64,000 bases of DNA, taken from assembly GCA_013265495.1 (NCBI GenBank), contig MU058289.1, positions 1,485,451 through 1,549,450 on the forward strand, written 5' to 3'. Source of the stretch: Vicugna vicugna (taxonomy: Eukaryota). Shown here piece by piece: positions 39,201 to 52,408 of the stretch; positions within the stretch are counted from its first letter, which is position 1, and each line of letters begins with the position of its first letter. Position numbers and translations under genes: made by a program. Below the pieces are notes generated by a model. It searched no databases. It was not told the DNA's origin and saw only the letters and a program-made list of their open reading frames with translations.

Positions 39201-41124
39201 CTCCAATTTTGCACACCCAGCAAGCCTTCCTTCCCATCGCTAAAAAAGAACAGCAAGTCAGAGTTACAGCTAGGGCGCCCAATTTTCTCCACAAACATTC
39301 CAGCAGGTCAAATATTTAGCCATGAGGACATTCAAAGAGCCTCCTCCCCATCCTATCCCCACTCTCCCCCACCCCTTCCCGAGGCAGGGAAGAGAGGCAG
39401 GCCTGCGGTAGCTTATGCTCTTACTTTGTAGGTAAGATGTTCCGATGCTGAGATACTAGGGAAACAGGTATTGTCAAAGGACAGTAGCTATGGGTAAGGG
39501 TTTGGGAAGACAGACTCACCTACAAATGAAATTCCACTCTCAGTAACTATCAGTTGAATGAAAGCACTTGCTCACTCTATGACCTGAGGCAAGTTATTTG
39601 AACTCTTGGGCCTCAGTTTCTTCAGTACTATGGTGAGGATTAAATCCATAAAGGACAGCACTTGGCACATTCTGAGTCTTACTCAGTAAATAGAAGCTCC
39701 TGAAAGATGCCAGGGACCAGTTAGAGGGCAGAATTTTATCTTTTTTGAAATTCTTCACCCTGGTCTACTATTTATAAAAATACAAAATTCTCCCTCCCCA
39801 CCCCCACCAACACTGCAAAGTCACAAGAACTTTCAAAAACATTATTTACCTTCTTCCAGCTCTGGCCCCAACTTCCAAAGTCCTGGAAACAAACTAAAAC
39901 TGTGCTGCCCTGTGTTCTCCAGAGGGGAAGGAGGTCATGGCTCCACCCATTTCCCTGCCTACCACTCCCTCCTCTTTCAGCCTCAAACTACAAGTACATG
40001 GACACTGCTAAGGAAGGGATCACCTTGCATCACAAAGTACATTACAAAGGGACTTAAAGCGCAAGGATGTGGTGCATCCTCCTACCCTGAGACCCAGGGA
40101 TGAGATAGGTCCTCGTGAGCTGGTGAGAGGGACCACTTTCACCTCTCCCTGCCTAGGTTACCAGCCTGCAGCACTCAAGTTGGGGAGCTAAGCCAGCTTT
40201 CCTGTGCCTCTGTTCTCAGCCACACATATCCACCTCTGGGACTGGGGAAAGACTCAGGTATTCCTAGGTTCCCCAGTCATAATTATCAACTTGCTAGTAT
40301 CTAAGCCCAAAATCATCTTTAGTAAGAAAATTAGATTTTTTTCAGGGAACATGTAGCTCTAATTCCACATTCAAAAACTTCCACATTATGATTCTTCACA
40401 AAAACTACCAATTTGAAAAAGCACATATCCAAAACAAGGAACATAGTCAAAATGGTTAAAAAAAAAAAAAAGGCAACACCATCTAAGAATGAATTCTAGA
40501 AATAGACTAAGTAAATGTAGAGGTCTGCATCCAGGACCCTCATTGGCAGCACTGTCTGTCTAGAAGTGCCAACCTGAAAGTAACCCACATGTCCTGCATT
40601 AAGGGGTTCATTAACAAAATTACACAGGAACACCTCACAACCATTTGAAAGATCAAGGCAGAGTTACCTTGTTTCATCAGACCTAAACTGCCTTATAAAT
40701 CCTATCATCAAATTTATACATGCTAAGAAAAACTCTGCCATCTAACGATGACCTGCCATCTCACGACATATCGCAGTTTTAGGCTCCCTCAAGGCTCTTT
40801 CCTGTCACATTCCTCTGTCGCATTCCATCTAGGACATACATCCTCCTTGGAACAAGCCTCTTTGTGCCCTTTTCTCTCCTGTCACTTTTTCTAGTAGTTA
40901 CCCATATTTAAGATCCACTGTTTTGATGAAACCATCTCAGGCCCCTTCAGTTCCCAGAGAGCCTTTCCTGACCTCCGGCAGCCCCCTCTGCAACTGCTCC
41001 TTGTTAGCTTTGTGTGACTTCCCTTTCCAGATGAACTGTGAGCACACGGAGACAGAGGCTGGACACATCCTCACATTCATGGCAGCGCACAATGCAGGGC
41101 CCTAACACCACCACCACAAACCCA

Positions 41125-41345
41125 CATTTGTCAGGAACTGTTCTAAGGACTTCACAAATATTAACTCCTTTATGCCTCACTGTAACCCCAGAAGGTACGT
41201 ACTATTACTTCCCCCATTATCAGACAGGGTAAACTGAGGCAAAGAGAGGTTGTATGACTTAGAGGTTAGTGATGAGTAAGTAGCAGAGGCAGGACTCGAA
41301 CCCAAGCAGTCTGGATCGAGTCCTTGCTCTTAACCTCTATACTAC
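41125..41345 (-). mobile_element. MIR SINE
   Basis: CCCCATTATCAGACAGGGTAAACTGAGGCAAAGAGAGGTT...GGACTCGAACCCAAGCAGTCTGG. Confidence 0.8.
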
Positions 41346-43940
41346 ACTCCCTCTCTAAATGACTGCTATGTACATAGCAGACACTCAAATTTTCATTTGT
41401 ATTCATTTTTAATTGAAAATATAATGCACATACACAGTAGGAAAAATTCATACTGTACAAAAGAGTATGCAAGAAAAAGCTAGGTCAGTCTAACAGCCTA
41501 GATTTCTGGGGCCTCATCCCAAAGGCAATTACTGTTTCTTTTTCATCATTCCAGAATTTTTTTCTGTGCTTAGAAACCTATTTGATGTGTATTCCTCTCT
41601 CTTTTTCACACAAATGGGCACATATACCCATTGTCCTGGATTTTGCCTTTTTCACTGAATATTTCTCTGACCTTGATGCATATCTGCTATTTTTATTTTT
41701 ATTTACTATTTTTATTCAATTTGAAGACATAAATATTTTCACACTTTAACCCAAGATGACTTCACGAAGTCAGAGAATCTTGGTGGACTTGGACTTCATC
41801 AGGAAACAGGAGTCACAAAAGGCTTTTTTAAATGCACAAAAGCTACCAAGAGTTAGCCTTGTAGGAATGTGTAGGCTGAATCAAAAGGCACAGACCTAGA
41901 AGGTGACATTCGACTTATGGCTTCTCCTGTAATAGTAAATGCCTACATCAGAGGACTGTTATGAGGACCAAATGAGGTATATACACAAAGCACTCTGCAC
42001 CAAATCTGGCTAGCACAGAGAGTCTAAGGGACAACCACAGCACCTGACACGCTGTTAGTGCCCAATAAGTTAGATATTATTAACATATATTTCTTCAAAA
42101 GCTGGCCCCACTTTCCTCTCCCATCTCATTTCCCTCTACTCCCCTATTTTTATCTGTCCACCCTTCACCCTGAATCTCCTGTAACTCACATCCTCATGCT
42201 TGCTCACCTCTGCACCTTTGTGCAGTCATTGTGGCCCTGCTTCTAAGGCCTCTCCCCTTACTGTGGTTCTGGACTCATTAACTATTCCCCACAGTACTCA
42301 GCTCAAGCACAGCCCTCTTCTGGAAATGTTCCCTAACAACTGCAGCTGGATTCTCTGAACAAGCAGTTTGGGAAGAGCCTATCTGTCAGGACTTCCCACC
42401 TTCTGGTTCTCAGCATTGTCAGTGCATCCAGGAGCAAGCAGGTTCAGGGGGACTGACTCAGGCTATCTAAGCTCAAAGATGACTGGTGTATTAACCAGAA
42501 GGCCAGTTACTAAGTTTACAAACACTGATGAGAGCTAATATCTATTGAGCATTTACCAGGAGGTAGGCAGCAAAGATGAAGGTGCAGCTATTATTCCCAA
42601 TCTATAGATGGGAAAACAGGAGCGTAGCCAGCATCCCAAGACCAGGATCTGATCAAGCAGTCTGGATGCAGACCACTTTCAACCACTCACATTCTCTCCT
42701 TGGCAGGAAATCTCCATGTGAAGCCATGTTCTAATCAAAGGGTATTAGGATCATGGAAGCAAAGCAAGGGAACGATTGATTCTCCCCACTAGGGGCATCA
42801 ACGCCCATCTGCCTGGTAGTGCAAAGGCCCAGTGGAGGACCATACGCAGCTTCCCTGGCCTGGGCCCCCAGACAGTGCTACAGACACATCACCCAATTCC
42901 TCTCTGGGACCCACCACCCCAATTTCCATAGACATCACAACCCTTTCCTTCTGTAATCACAGTCTTTCTTTTGAGGATACAAAATTAAATTTCAGCATCT
43001 GGCTACAAACACATTCCAATCATGCCTTCCTAGGGTTATAGCTGGGTCATTTTGGTTGAGCTTAAAAGTTTTCCCTGAAATTCTCAAAATTACATGTACT
43101 AAATGTCTCTTGGCATGTATCTTTTCTATAGATTGCTGATTTAACATTATTCTGGTTTGATTCTCAGATGATCATTGATTCATTCAAAAAAGACTTAATT
43201 GTTCCTAGAACACTGTGTCATAGGTCCTGGAGACAGCACCAGTGAACAAGATAGGTAAGATCTCTGAACCTGGTGGAGCTTATTATGTGCCTCCGACTTT
43301 TAGCCACTTGCCATACTTTATGGCAACTGCTTATTTGGTTTTCTTCCCTAGGCTGCGCCTTCCAGCTCTGTATTCCAAGAACTGGCCTGTACTGTAAATA
43401 CTCCATAAATGTGAGCTAACTCAATTCATGACTAAATTCACTGGGTCTCATTTTTCTCATCCAGGGTTGAATCAGATTATGTCTGAAGTCCGTTAGAGCA
43501 CAGGTACAAAGTTTAAATCATATCATAGGGATAGAAAGCAAACGGCAAATACAACCCAAATAAAGAAGGAAGAGATGTGGTATTCAGCTGGTAAGAAAAA
43601 AGCAATGAAGGGCCCCATCACCTGGAGAAAGTACGGCCTCAGGAACATGAATAAGGGTGAGTTAGTTGGGGAGAAAGAAATGACTTGCAGCAAAATCTTG
43701 AGTTGGGGGTCACTGAGTGGAAACAGGCTGTGGGGGTGAAATGAGTCTCTACATAGAAGTCACATACTGGATCAGTGGGAAGGAGCATGCACTGGGGGAA
43801 AGAGGTAGAGGTATTAAATTAGGCCTTAGAAAATGCTCCCAGGCAGATACGGGAAGAGAAGCAGCAAAGGCGAGAGAATAAGCAGAGTCACAAAGTTAAG
43901 ATAAGGACCACCATAGCTCCAAGTCAAGAAGGGCAACCAA

Positions 43941-44042
43941 GGGGGTGGGTATAGCTCAGAGGTAGAGCACGTGCTCAGCATGCACGAAGTCCCGGGTTCA
44001 ATCCCCAGTACCTCCATTAAAAATAATGAGAGTAATTTTTTT
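43941..44042 (+). mobile_element. Camelid tRNA-derived SINE (Vic-1-like)
   Basis: GGGTATAGCTCAGAGGTAGAGCAC...GGGTTCAATCCCCAGTACCTCC; TSD approximately AAGGGCAACCAA/AAGGCCAACCAA. Confidence 0.88.
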
Positions 44043-46319
44043 AAAAGGCCAACCAAAAGGAGATTCACAACAGCAAGAAAGTATTGCTCATCTTGCCAAA
44101 TATTTACGGTCAAGGTCAAGGGAAATGAGTAAGCAACAGCCACTGCATCCGTCAATTGGGGGGCCCTCAGGATGACAGTTTCAGTATGGATAAAGCACAA
44201 CCCCAACACATTCAGGTTCTCAGTGAACCTACACAAAGAGAAAACGACATTCTTTTTCTGTAACTCCAAAAACTTACTCAAACCAACATTCTTTGTTCAC
44301 GTTGGATGGTCACTTACCACTAAGCACAAAGTCAAAAGAGTCTGGTAAAGGAGAGAGTGGACATTCAACTCATGTGATTCCCCAGTCCACTAGCTCTCAG
44401 ACAAAATCGTTTTCCTATAGGGTTATTAGTCCCCCTTGACATAAAACTGCTGGGGTACTGGGCTTTGGGTTTTCAGCAGAATAAACATTTAGTAAAATTT
44501 TCAGAAGAATCATGTGCAACTTGTTCAAAAAATTTTAAAGAGGATGCTTAAAACATGCTGTCTTCCAAAAATCCAGAGATAATTTTAGATTGAAAAATCT
44601 AGGCTTGCCAAGGGAATCTGAGAACTTTTCTATCTTGGTCTCCAATGCTAACCTACGTATTCGTGTGCAAAAATAGAGGAAGATTAGAATCTCAAATGCC
44701 AGACTGAAAAGTTGCCACAACAAACCTCAACTCTTCATATGGAGTCTGTTATTTAGTCAGCAAGAAAGCAAATGAAACAGCAATAACTAAACTTTTTATT
44801 TTAAAAGAGAAAATGAAAAAAATCTCAAATATGAAATACTTCCTAGACCTGTAAAGGAAAACGATTTTTAAAAGGATATTGTGAGTGGAATTTTAAAACA
44901 GCATGAATAAAGTCTAAATATCAAATTTATAAGTAGTCCTTTACAAACACAGGTTTAGAACTGCAGGTATAAAATATGATAAAATGGCATTTATAGATCA
45001 TTCAATAGCATGGGGAAAACTAACCCATTTGGAAAATATTTCATATCTTAAACCAAAACCAAATTTTAAGTAAATTAAATAACTAAAAGTAAAACAAAAC
45101 AAAACAAAACCATGGAATGACAAGCAAATAGGGAAGTTATAAAGACCGCGATGGAGAATAATTTTTGAAATGTCAAAGGAAAAATAATACTATGATTTTT
45201 TTTAAATGAGCGTTATTACCTTTGACCTCATTTGTAAATTTATCCTAAAACAACAATCAGACAAATCCTTTTGGCAGAACTATCTTGTGACGAACTGGAA
45301 ACAATCTACATGTCCGTCAGTAAGGAAGGCTTGGTTAAATGATGACATGGTATACTAAAACGTCCATAAAAGTGATAATCTATACCTGTATTTATTGATG
45401 TCACCAAAATGTTAGCAATGGCTGTCACTGAGTGGTAGGCTGACGGGTGACTGTCACTTTAAAAAGTATTATCTCAATACTTTTTTGTGTTGTCTTGAAC
45501 GTAAAGAACACATTGCTTTTATAATGGGGGTGAGAGGCGTTAACAAGCTATTTTCAAACTGGAGCCCCCCTAAAGCTGAGTATTTATCTGGCAAAATTTG
45601 TAAGGAATATAAACAAAATTCTTATCACGCCAACCAGACATGCTTCTTTCTTCGCACCGCGCGGTGTAGGAAGACACACCCCTGACCCTGCCCTCGCCCC
45701 TCGGACGCTGGTCCTTCATCCTCACCTCGGGCCTCTCGGGGTACCCGCGGAAGCTTCTCCGGCCCGACTGCGCCAGCGGGCTTGTCAGGGCCGGAAGATC
45801 TTGTTCCTCCGGGCCCGGCCCGGCCCGACCCGGCCCGGAGGGGAAGGTGAGCGCAGCCGGCCGGCAGCCGCGGGGCGGCGTGAGGGCCGCGTCCCCAGGC
45901 AGTCCCAGCGGACCCCGAGCCCCACAGGCCGCCGTCCCTCAGCGGACGGCTCGGCGGGCTTCCGGGAGCCGGTCCCGGCGCCAGCCCGACCTCCCCAACC
46001 CTGGCTGCCAGTGAGAGAGAGCCCTCCTCCCCTCCTGTCCCGCGTCCGCTGGGTCCCCGCCGCGCCCCCGGTTCCAGGCACGAGCCAGGAGGCCCCTCCG
46101 GGCTTCCGTCCGCCTGGCCAGCGCCCCCAGAGCCCGGCGTCCTCCACAGCGGACGGGCAAGGGACCGGGGCCGATGGCCCTGCGCCCTGCGGCTCCAAGC
46201 GGAGCGGCACCCAGCGAGGTCATCTAGTCGCCAGCCCGGGCCGCTGCCCACCGCCCACCCGCCACCCACCGAGCCCGCCGGCCGGCGCCAGGCAGCGCCA
46301 GCTCGCGCCCGCTCCTCAC

Positions 46320-46375
46320 CTGCGACGCGCCTCGGCCCCCAGCACACCGCCCGGACCGGCTGTGTACACCGGAAG
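46320..46375 (-). other. GARRE1: GARRE1 non-coding exon 1 (start approximate)
   Basis: Donor GCAG|GTGAGG (GT at 46319-46318) inside the CpG island, just downstream of ETS/CRE and GC-box motifs. The TSS is inferred. Confidence 0.6.
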
Positions 46376-46407
46376 TGACGTCTCCCGGCCGGCCCCGCCC
46401 CCGCCCC
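46369..46407. promoter_or_regulatory. Overlapping ETS/CRE motif plus tandem GC boxes
   Basis: CCGGAAGTGACGTC at 46369-46382 and GGCCCCGCCCCCGCCCC at 46391-46407. Confidence 0.7.
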
Positions 46408-47149
46408 AGGCGGACGCCGGGTGGCTGCGGACCCAGCCCCTGGGAGCGGACCGCCCCCTGCGCGAGCGGGGAGGGGGCGGCCGTGCACCTCCTAATTTAG
46501 GGACCGAGGACCTCCAAGTGGGACAACCAGGGAGGGGGTTGAGGACCGGCGGCCAGAGCCCGCAGGGCCTCCCTGGTCCTCCACTATAGCTTGGCCTCGG
46601 GGCAGGAGGGGTCAGCTGCGTCCTCAGAGGTTTATTATTAAAACTGATTACTGAAAATTGAGCTCTTACTAGATGCCAGGTTCTGACAGGCACTGTAGGA
46701 ACGAGATAATGCCCTCACCCTCATACATTTATTCCTTAATAGTGGAAACACAATAAAATTGTCAGAAATAGGTTTGATGATATAGTACCGATTGCGACAA
46801 GTGGTAGGAGGGGAAAGTGGAAGAAGGAGGGAGAGTCCTCCGACCTAGTGAAGGAGGGTGATCAGGGAATTCTTCGCTCAGGAAAAGAGCAGGAGTTGAG
46901 ATCCTAAAATGGAGAAGGAAAAACAACAAAAATAACAACAACAAAACCTTGGCGTAGCAGTGAGGAAAGGACTTTACCGCAGAACTAACAGCTGGTGTCT
47001 TCTATGGCTTTGTGTTCAAGAAACTAGGGCGGTAAGAACGTCTTACCTGAGAGTAAGGGGTAATTTTACTGTACTTGTGGGCTTAACGGGATTACTTGGG
47101 CTAAATTATGGCGAAGGACTAGAGAGGAGAGGCAAGAGTGGATGTAGAT

Positions 47150-47655
47150 TTGTATGCCCGTGTTCCGAGCAGCATTTTTCGTAATAGTCAAAAAGCTGGA
47201 CACAACCTAGGCGTCCATAGATGTGTGAATGGATAAACCAAATGTAGTATATCCATACAATGGAATATTATTCAGCTTTAAAAAGGAAGGGAATTTAAAA
47301 AAAAAAGGGAAGGAAATTCAGACACATGCTACAAGTGGATGAATCATGAAGACGTTATACTAAGTGAAATAAGCCAGTCACAAAAGGACAGATATTCTGT
47401 AATTCCACTTAAATTAGGTACCTAGAGTAGTCAAGGTCATAGGGGTAGAAAGTAGGATGGTAATTGACAGGGACTGGGAGGAGGGGAACATAGGGAGTTT
47501 GTAATTAATAGGTACAAATTTTCAGGTTGGGAAGATGGAAAAGCTCTGGAGATGGATGTGGTAATGGTTACACAGCGGTGTGAATGTACTTAAGGCCACA
47601 AAACTATATGCTTGAAAATGGTTAAAATGGTAAATTGTATGTATATTTTACAATG
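47150..47655 (+). mobile_element. L1 3'UTR fragment
   Basis: GAATGGATAAACCAAATGTAGTATATCCATACAATGGAATATTATTCAGC...AAAATGGTTAAAATGGTAAAT. Confidence 0.85.
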
Positions 47656-49619
47656 ACTGATAGATGTAGAGATCAAGTAGGAGGCTCTTTCAGTTGTCCA
47701 AGCAAGAGGTGGTCCTGATTTAGACCAGGATTTAGATTTGAACATCTATCAGAAAAAAAGTTTAAATATGATCCAGTTTATTATACTTATAAATTATATA
47801 TATGCACTTCCAATATACTATTTACATTATGAAACATACATAAAAAGAATTTTAAAAGATAAACTATATATATACATATATATATATATACACACATGAA
47901 TATTTTCTTCCTCTACCCCAATAGATTGCCTTCTTATACTAGTGAGTATGTGAACCTCTCTTTGAAAGCCATTCACGGACTATGGTAGTGGCAATGGGGA
48001 ATAAAGTCAGTGATGAACTAGACGTGGAGGGTCAGGAAGAGGAGGAAATCCTAAATCTCTCCTGGGTCTCTGAGACAAGCCATGGTACTGGTGACAGTCA
48101 CAGTGCTGAGAAGCTCCTGAAGACCACCTTTGGAAGGGAGGAAGATAAGAAGAAGACCATGTGAACATGACATCAAAGAGGAAGCACCAAGTAGGCAGTT
48201 GGGGATGGAGGTCTGGAGCTTAGGAGGGAGCTGGACGTGTCACTGGGGCTTAGAGGGCCACTGACATTGTGGGTTGGAGCTGAAGGTGGGTATAGGTTGA
48301 GGGAAGACTTTTTGGTGGTTGGTTTTTGAAGGTGGAAGAGACTTAAACATGTTTCAGTGTCAGAGAGGAAGAGTCGGGTGACAGAAAGAGGCTGAGGATA
48401 CAGGTAAAAAGATGTGTTCATCTTGCGAGGTTCTGAAAAGGCTGAAGGGGGTCTCAGATGCTTGGCCATGGGTTTACCTCAGGTTGCAGTAAAGAGGGAG
48501 GAAAGCTTGGGGACAGAGACGCGAGGAAAGTGAAAAAGTTCTGAAAGCAGAAAGGAGAAATGTGGTAGAATTTCCAAATTGTAGTGAGGATCTATTTCAG
48601 GCTCATAGAACCATCTTTCCTATTAAGTGACTTGCCCCTGCAGCTTTCAGGTGAAAGCGAAGAAGATGAAGAAGGAGTCACCTGGGGGCTGAATAACAGA
48701 GAACATTATATGTTACCAATATAATGGGCTATGGAATCCAAGCTCCAGGAGAAGGGATGTGAAAGAGAACAGCTGGGATGGAGGAGGTGTCCCTGGGTGC
48801 TAGTGTCATCTGAAGTATATAGGCTGTAAAAGGGACCAGAGATGATGTGCTCGGCTTTTTGAGTGAGTCAGCTGTCTCGTGCAGTCTCAGGACAAGCCCA
48901 TCTCTTATTCAGAGGTTTTGGTCTAAATCAGGCCTGGAGGCACCTGGTAAACACTGGGATGGAACTTTAAAGAGGCCCCCTGGCAGGCTCTGACCCACAC
49001 ACCCAACCACTGTTGCTTACTTCACTCCAAGCCTCATGGCCCCAGAGTAATGTACTGGAAACCACTCGTGCCTGGCACCACCTGGGCCCCTTGTATAGAC
49101 TTCAATCCAGGCAGGGCCAGGAGGTTCCGGAGACCCATTCAGCCATGCATGCACTTCTTAGTGGGACTCAGCATGAACTTGAGGCCCCTTCGGTGGTCTC
49201 TGTGGTGCTCTCAGCACCAGGCTGACTTGGACCTCTCAAGCTTACCTGAGGACATTTTGTATTGTGGCTGGATCAAGTCGGCTTTGTGAGCACATCTATA
49301 GCTATCATATTATACTCACTTACTAGAGGTTTGAATTTTTTATTTTCATTCATCAAACACATACATATGGAGAGGAAGGGAAAGAACACCCATGTACCCA
49401 CCACACAGGTTTGAGACATTTGTCACTTCGTGTCAACTCTTTATTCCAAACTCCCTTGCAGCAGAGGGCTGAGAAGAAGATGCAGCCCACAGGGTCTAGA
49501 GACAGGGGCTGGCCCTCCTGGAGCCCCCACATCCTCAGGAAAGGAAGCCGCCTTCCTCCAGCTCAGCAGGGAGGTCTACGGATGGAGCCTCAACATGCAC
49601 ATGGGGATGGGATGGTGCC

Positions 49620-49784
49620 TCAGAGACCATCAGACAAACACTTCAATTTGCCACTTAGGAGGCCAAGAAGGCCCAAGACAGGAAACATGGTCTCTCCTGA
49701 ATCCACCTGACCTCCTGTGTATTGGTTTGAGGCAGAGTTGGAGCCAGATCCTGTGGAAGGAATGGGAACCTCGGAAGTTATTCC
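49620..49784 (-). pseudogene. Fossil gene, putative terminal coding segment
   Basis: TTCTGCTTGCTTGTTACAG|GGA; GITSEVPIPSTGSG...LKCLSDGL*; AATAAA about 175 nt after the stop. Confidence 0.35.
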
Positions 49785-49867
49785 CTGTAACAAGCAAGCA
49801 GAACGGAGTTTCAGGAGCTCCCCGGTGACTGAAGAGCCCTGCATTAGTGGATGGGCCACAGATGTAC

Positions 49868-49918
49868 CTTGACCTCGGCCTGAGATGGCTCCCCTTGTTG
49901 AGGGAAAAAGCTAATTTG
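49868..49918 (-). pseudogene. Fossil gene, putative 51-nt exon
   Basis: CAACCTAG|CAA...AAG|GTACAT; phase 0 to 0; QISFFPQQGEPSQAEVK; followed by an 83-nt intron. Confidence 0.4.
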
Positions 49919-50240
49919 CTAGGTTGAGCTTTTATGAGGGCTTCACATTCCTAACATCAGAAGAGCTGCGGAATATGAGCATCCCACACAGAGGGGTTCA
50001 TAAGGAATTAGAGAACTGATTTTCTTAGGCAGCCAAAGTTATTACTGTTGGCTTCCGCACGCTGTGTAGCAAAAGCCAGGGCTTCCAGGCTGGGCTTTTA
50101 CATGTTAACTTCAGAGGGCGTGTCTGAAAGAAGAGCCTTCAGGGAAGGAGTTTTCACAGCCAAGTGTTCTTGGTGGTGGTGGTTGGAGGGGTGGGTAGGG
50201 GCAATGGGGTTGAGTTTGGAGAGTAACTTTTCTCCTTCAC

Positions 50241-50272
50241 CTTATTGATCTCCCTTGCGCAGAATGCGAAAC
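50241..50272 (-). pseudogene. Fossil gene, putative 32-nt exon
   Basis: CTCACAGTCCATCTTGTAG|GT...AAG|GTGAAG; reads (G)FAFCAREINK, or (R)FRILRKGDQ* in the alternative frame. Confidence 0.4.
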
Positions 50273-51427
50273 CTACAAGATGGACTGTGAGTGCCCCTAA
50301 GAGTAGCTGCATTCCTGAATCCACAGGATCTGGGAGCCAGTCTGGAGAGGGCTGGCCAGACATTCTGGGCACAGAGCAACTGGCTGTCTGCTGGGTATGG
50401 AGAGATGCTGGGGAGAGGCCAGTCCAATCTGTCCGGTGGCGTGGCCCACACAGGAAAGGGGGGATGAGGGCAGCATGGGTCACGTGCCAAAGGGGAAACT
50501 TCTCCCCCAGTCTCCAGACTGTCTCCCTGAGGAAGTCGCTCCTCACCCCTCCCTTTCCCCTGTAACCATTTGAGCATCCTGTTGTTCTTTCTCCACTCCA
50601 CCCTCCACAGGCTGGCAATGGCTGTGCTTGTGGCCAAGAGGCCCTTGCCAGGCAGAACCATCTGCTTCTGTTGCACCCCCACCTCAAAGATCCCAGCTTG
50701 CCTTTGATCTTTCTGAGGAGCTGGGGCTGGCCAGGGGCCGGGAAGACCCTTGATGGGTGAACTGGACCCCAGGAGTCCAGGACTCTTCCTCTGCAGCCAG
50801 GACAGGATGCCTGGTACCATCTTACGAAACATGTAACATTCGTGTAGGCAGGAGGAGCTGCCGGGGAGCTCCCTGAGGGCTCAGGGCTTGGTGAAGCAGA
50901 TGTGTCTGGATGTATGTGGAGTGGAGGAGGGGCGGGGGGCTGCTGGATGGACCACCCTCGAGGCTATGATCACCACAGTTATCAGGTGTGAAGGTCTGCA
51001 CAGTGGAGAGGGATGTTTTCCAGGCCCCACAGGCTGCCAGAGCCAGTAAAGGAAGGAAAGGTGTGCTGGGGAGGGAGACAGGCAAGGTTCTGTTGCTGGT
51101 GGAGCCAGAAGGGCTGCAGCCTTGAAGTCAAGTTACCCTTAAAGCCAGAGGCAGCTCCAGTCCATTCCACAGCAGACAGAACCAAGGCCCAGCTCTCCTC
51201 AGGTTCCAGTATGTAGACCTGGCCCCGGGCACCGCCCTAGCTCAGAAGGTCTAGGCTATTGTCTTGGTCCAGCAATAATTGTGAGAGGGTAGTTTGCTGA
51301 GTTGATTCTGTGGCCTTGTAAAGAGTTGGACTTGAACCCTTGTTGGTGGTCTGAACAATTAAATTTATAAGCATCCCCTCAGATTTGCAAACCTACCAGG
51401 GAGCCAAGACTGAGGGGCATGAGAAAC

Positions 51428-51534
51428 CTTGTTGGGTTCGTCTGGTTGAAGAAACCAGAACTCTGTCTCCTTTCATGAGTGTGGGTGGATTCTCCTTTTG
51501 GTTATCAAAATGTAATAACCCCAACTCCTTGCCA
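51428..51534 (-). pseudogene. Fossil gene, putative 107-nt exon with frameshift
   Basis: Branch-like GCTAAT plus TCCCCTCTTGTTTCAG|TGG; weak donor AAG|GTTTCT. Reads WQGVGVITF/DNQKENPPTLMKGDRVLVSSTRRTQQG if one T of TTTT (51507-51510) is removed. Confidence 0.5.
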
Positions 51535-52408
51535 CTGAAACAAGAGGGGATTTATTAGCCCAAACAAAAAGAGCACTGTGGCCACTAGAATGGCTGTCCT
51601 TGGCAGCAGTACTGATGCCTGGGAGGAACTTACTGCCGCCCTGCAGCTTCTGTCTGCTCCCTCTGGGTGTGGGGGCAGGAGGGGGGAGCGCCTCAGGGCC
51701 TCGGTCTTCATTTCTTCGACACATAATCCCTGAGTCCTCCAGCCAACAGCCTTGTTCAGGCCTCCAATCAGAGATTTTTACCCATGGTTGCCCCTAGTTA
51801 CAGTTCATTTAGGGCATCTCAATTGGGTCTTCAATTCCTAGCAAGCAGGGACAGTAAAGCTGCCACTGGCTGAGTTTCTGGTGTCAGTGGTGACTTGTGC
51901 AACCTTGGGCAGTGGCCACAGAGCCTGGACTCCCTCCCAAAGAGATTTGGGATACTCAATTTCATGTTCAGTGTAGGTGCTGGATGGTAGGACTACACAT
52001 AACAGACTCCTCTCCCCAGACAGCTGGCTGCCTCCACATGGAATTCAGGGAACCAGGTGTTCCAGCCAGGTCAGAGAGCAGTGTGTGGGAGCAGTGTGAA
52101 CAGTAAAAGGGGTTTCTCCCCATTCACTCCACAGGAAGAGTTGGGCTCAGGGCCCAGACCCCTAGCCTTCTCACTGCTCGGCAATGTTGTACCTGACCTT
52201 AACCCTAACCCACACAGCTGCCAAATATTCATGCTTTCCTTTTAGGGGCAAAGCTGGGCAGAACCAAATAACATTTTAAAGCCAAGTTACTGGAAATATT
52301 TGGGAAAAGGCTGAGTTTATAAACTAAAATTTGGCTCTTAACCTACAATGATTTCACTACCATGAAACATTGCTGTTAAAGTGCAAAAAATGAACCATGC
52401 TAACTCAC

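Larger units (their letters stand above)
45640..46600. promoter_or_regulatory. GARRE1: CpG island, GARRE1 promoter
   Basis: About 1 kb of very GC- and CpG-rich sequence in a CpG-depleted background, upstream of the first coding exon on the minus strand. Confidence 0.9.

Noticed and set aside
43941..44015. tRNA gene
   Set aside because: A/B boxes belong to a SINE with an AT-rich tail, TSDs and five other copies in the window.
45625..46693. Long ORFs (287, 262, 141, 125 aa) on both strands
   Set aside because: They lie in the CpG island, where stops are rare. The G/A/R/P-rich low-complexity translations resemble no protein I know.
50611..51220. Plus-strand exon after acceptor-like CTCCACTCCACCCTCCACAG, and nearby 177/196-aa ORFs
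   Set aside because: Stops in all frames and no phase-consistent partner exons; GC-rich sequence explains the ORF lengths.
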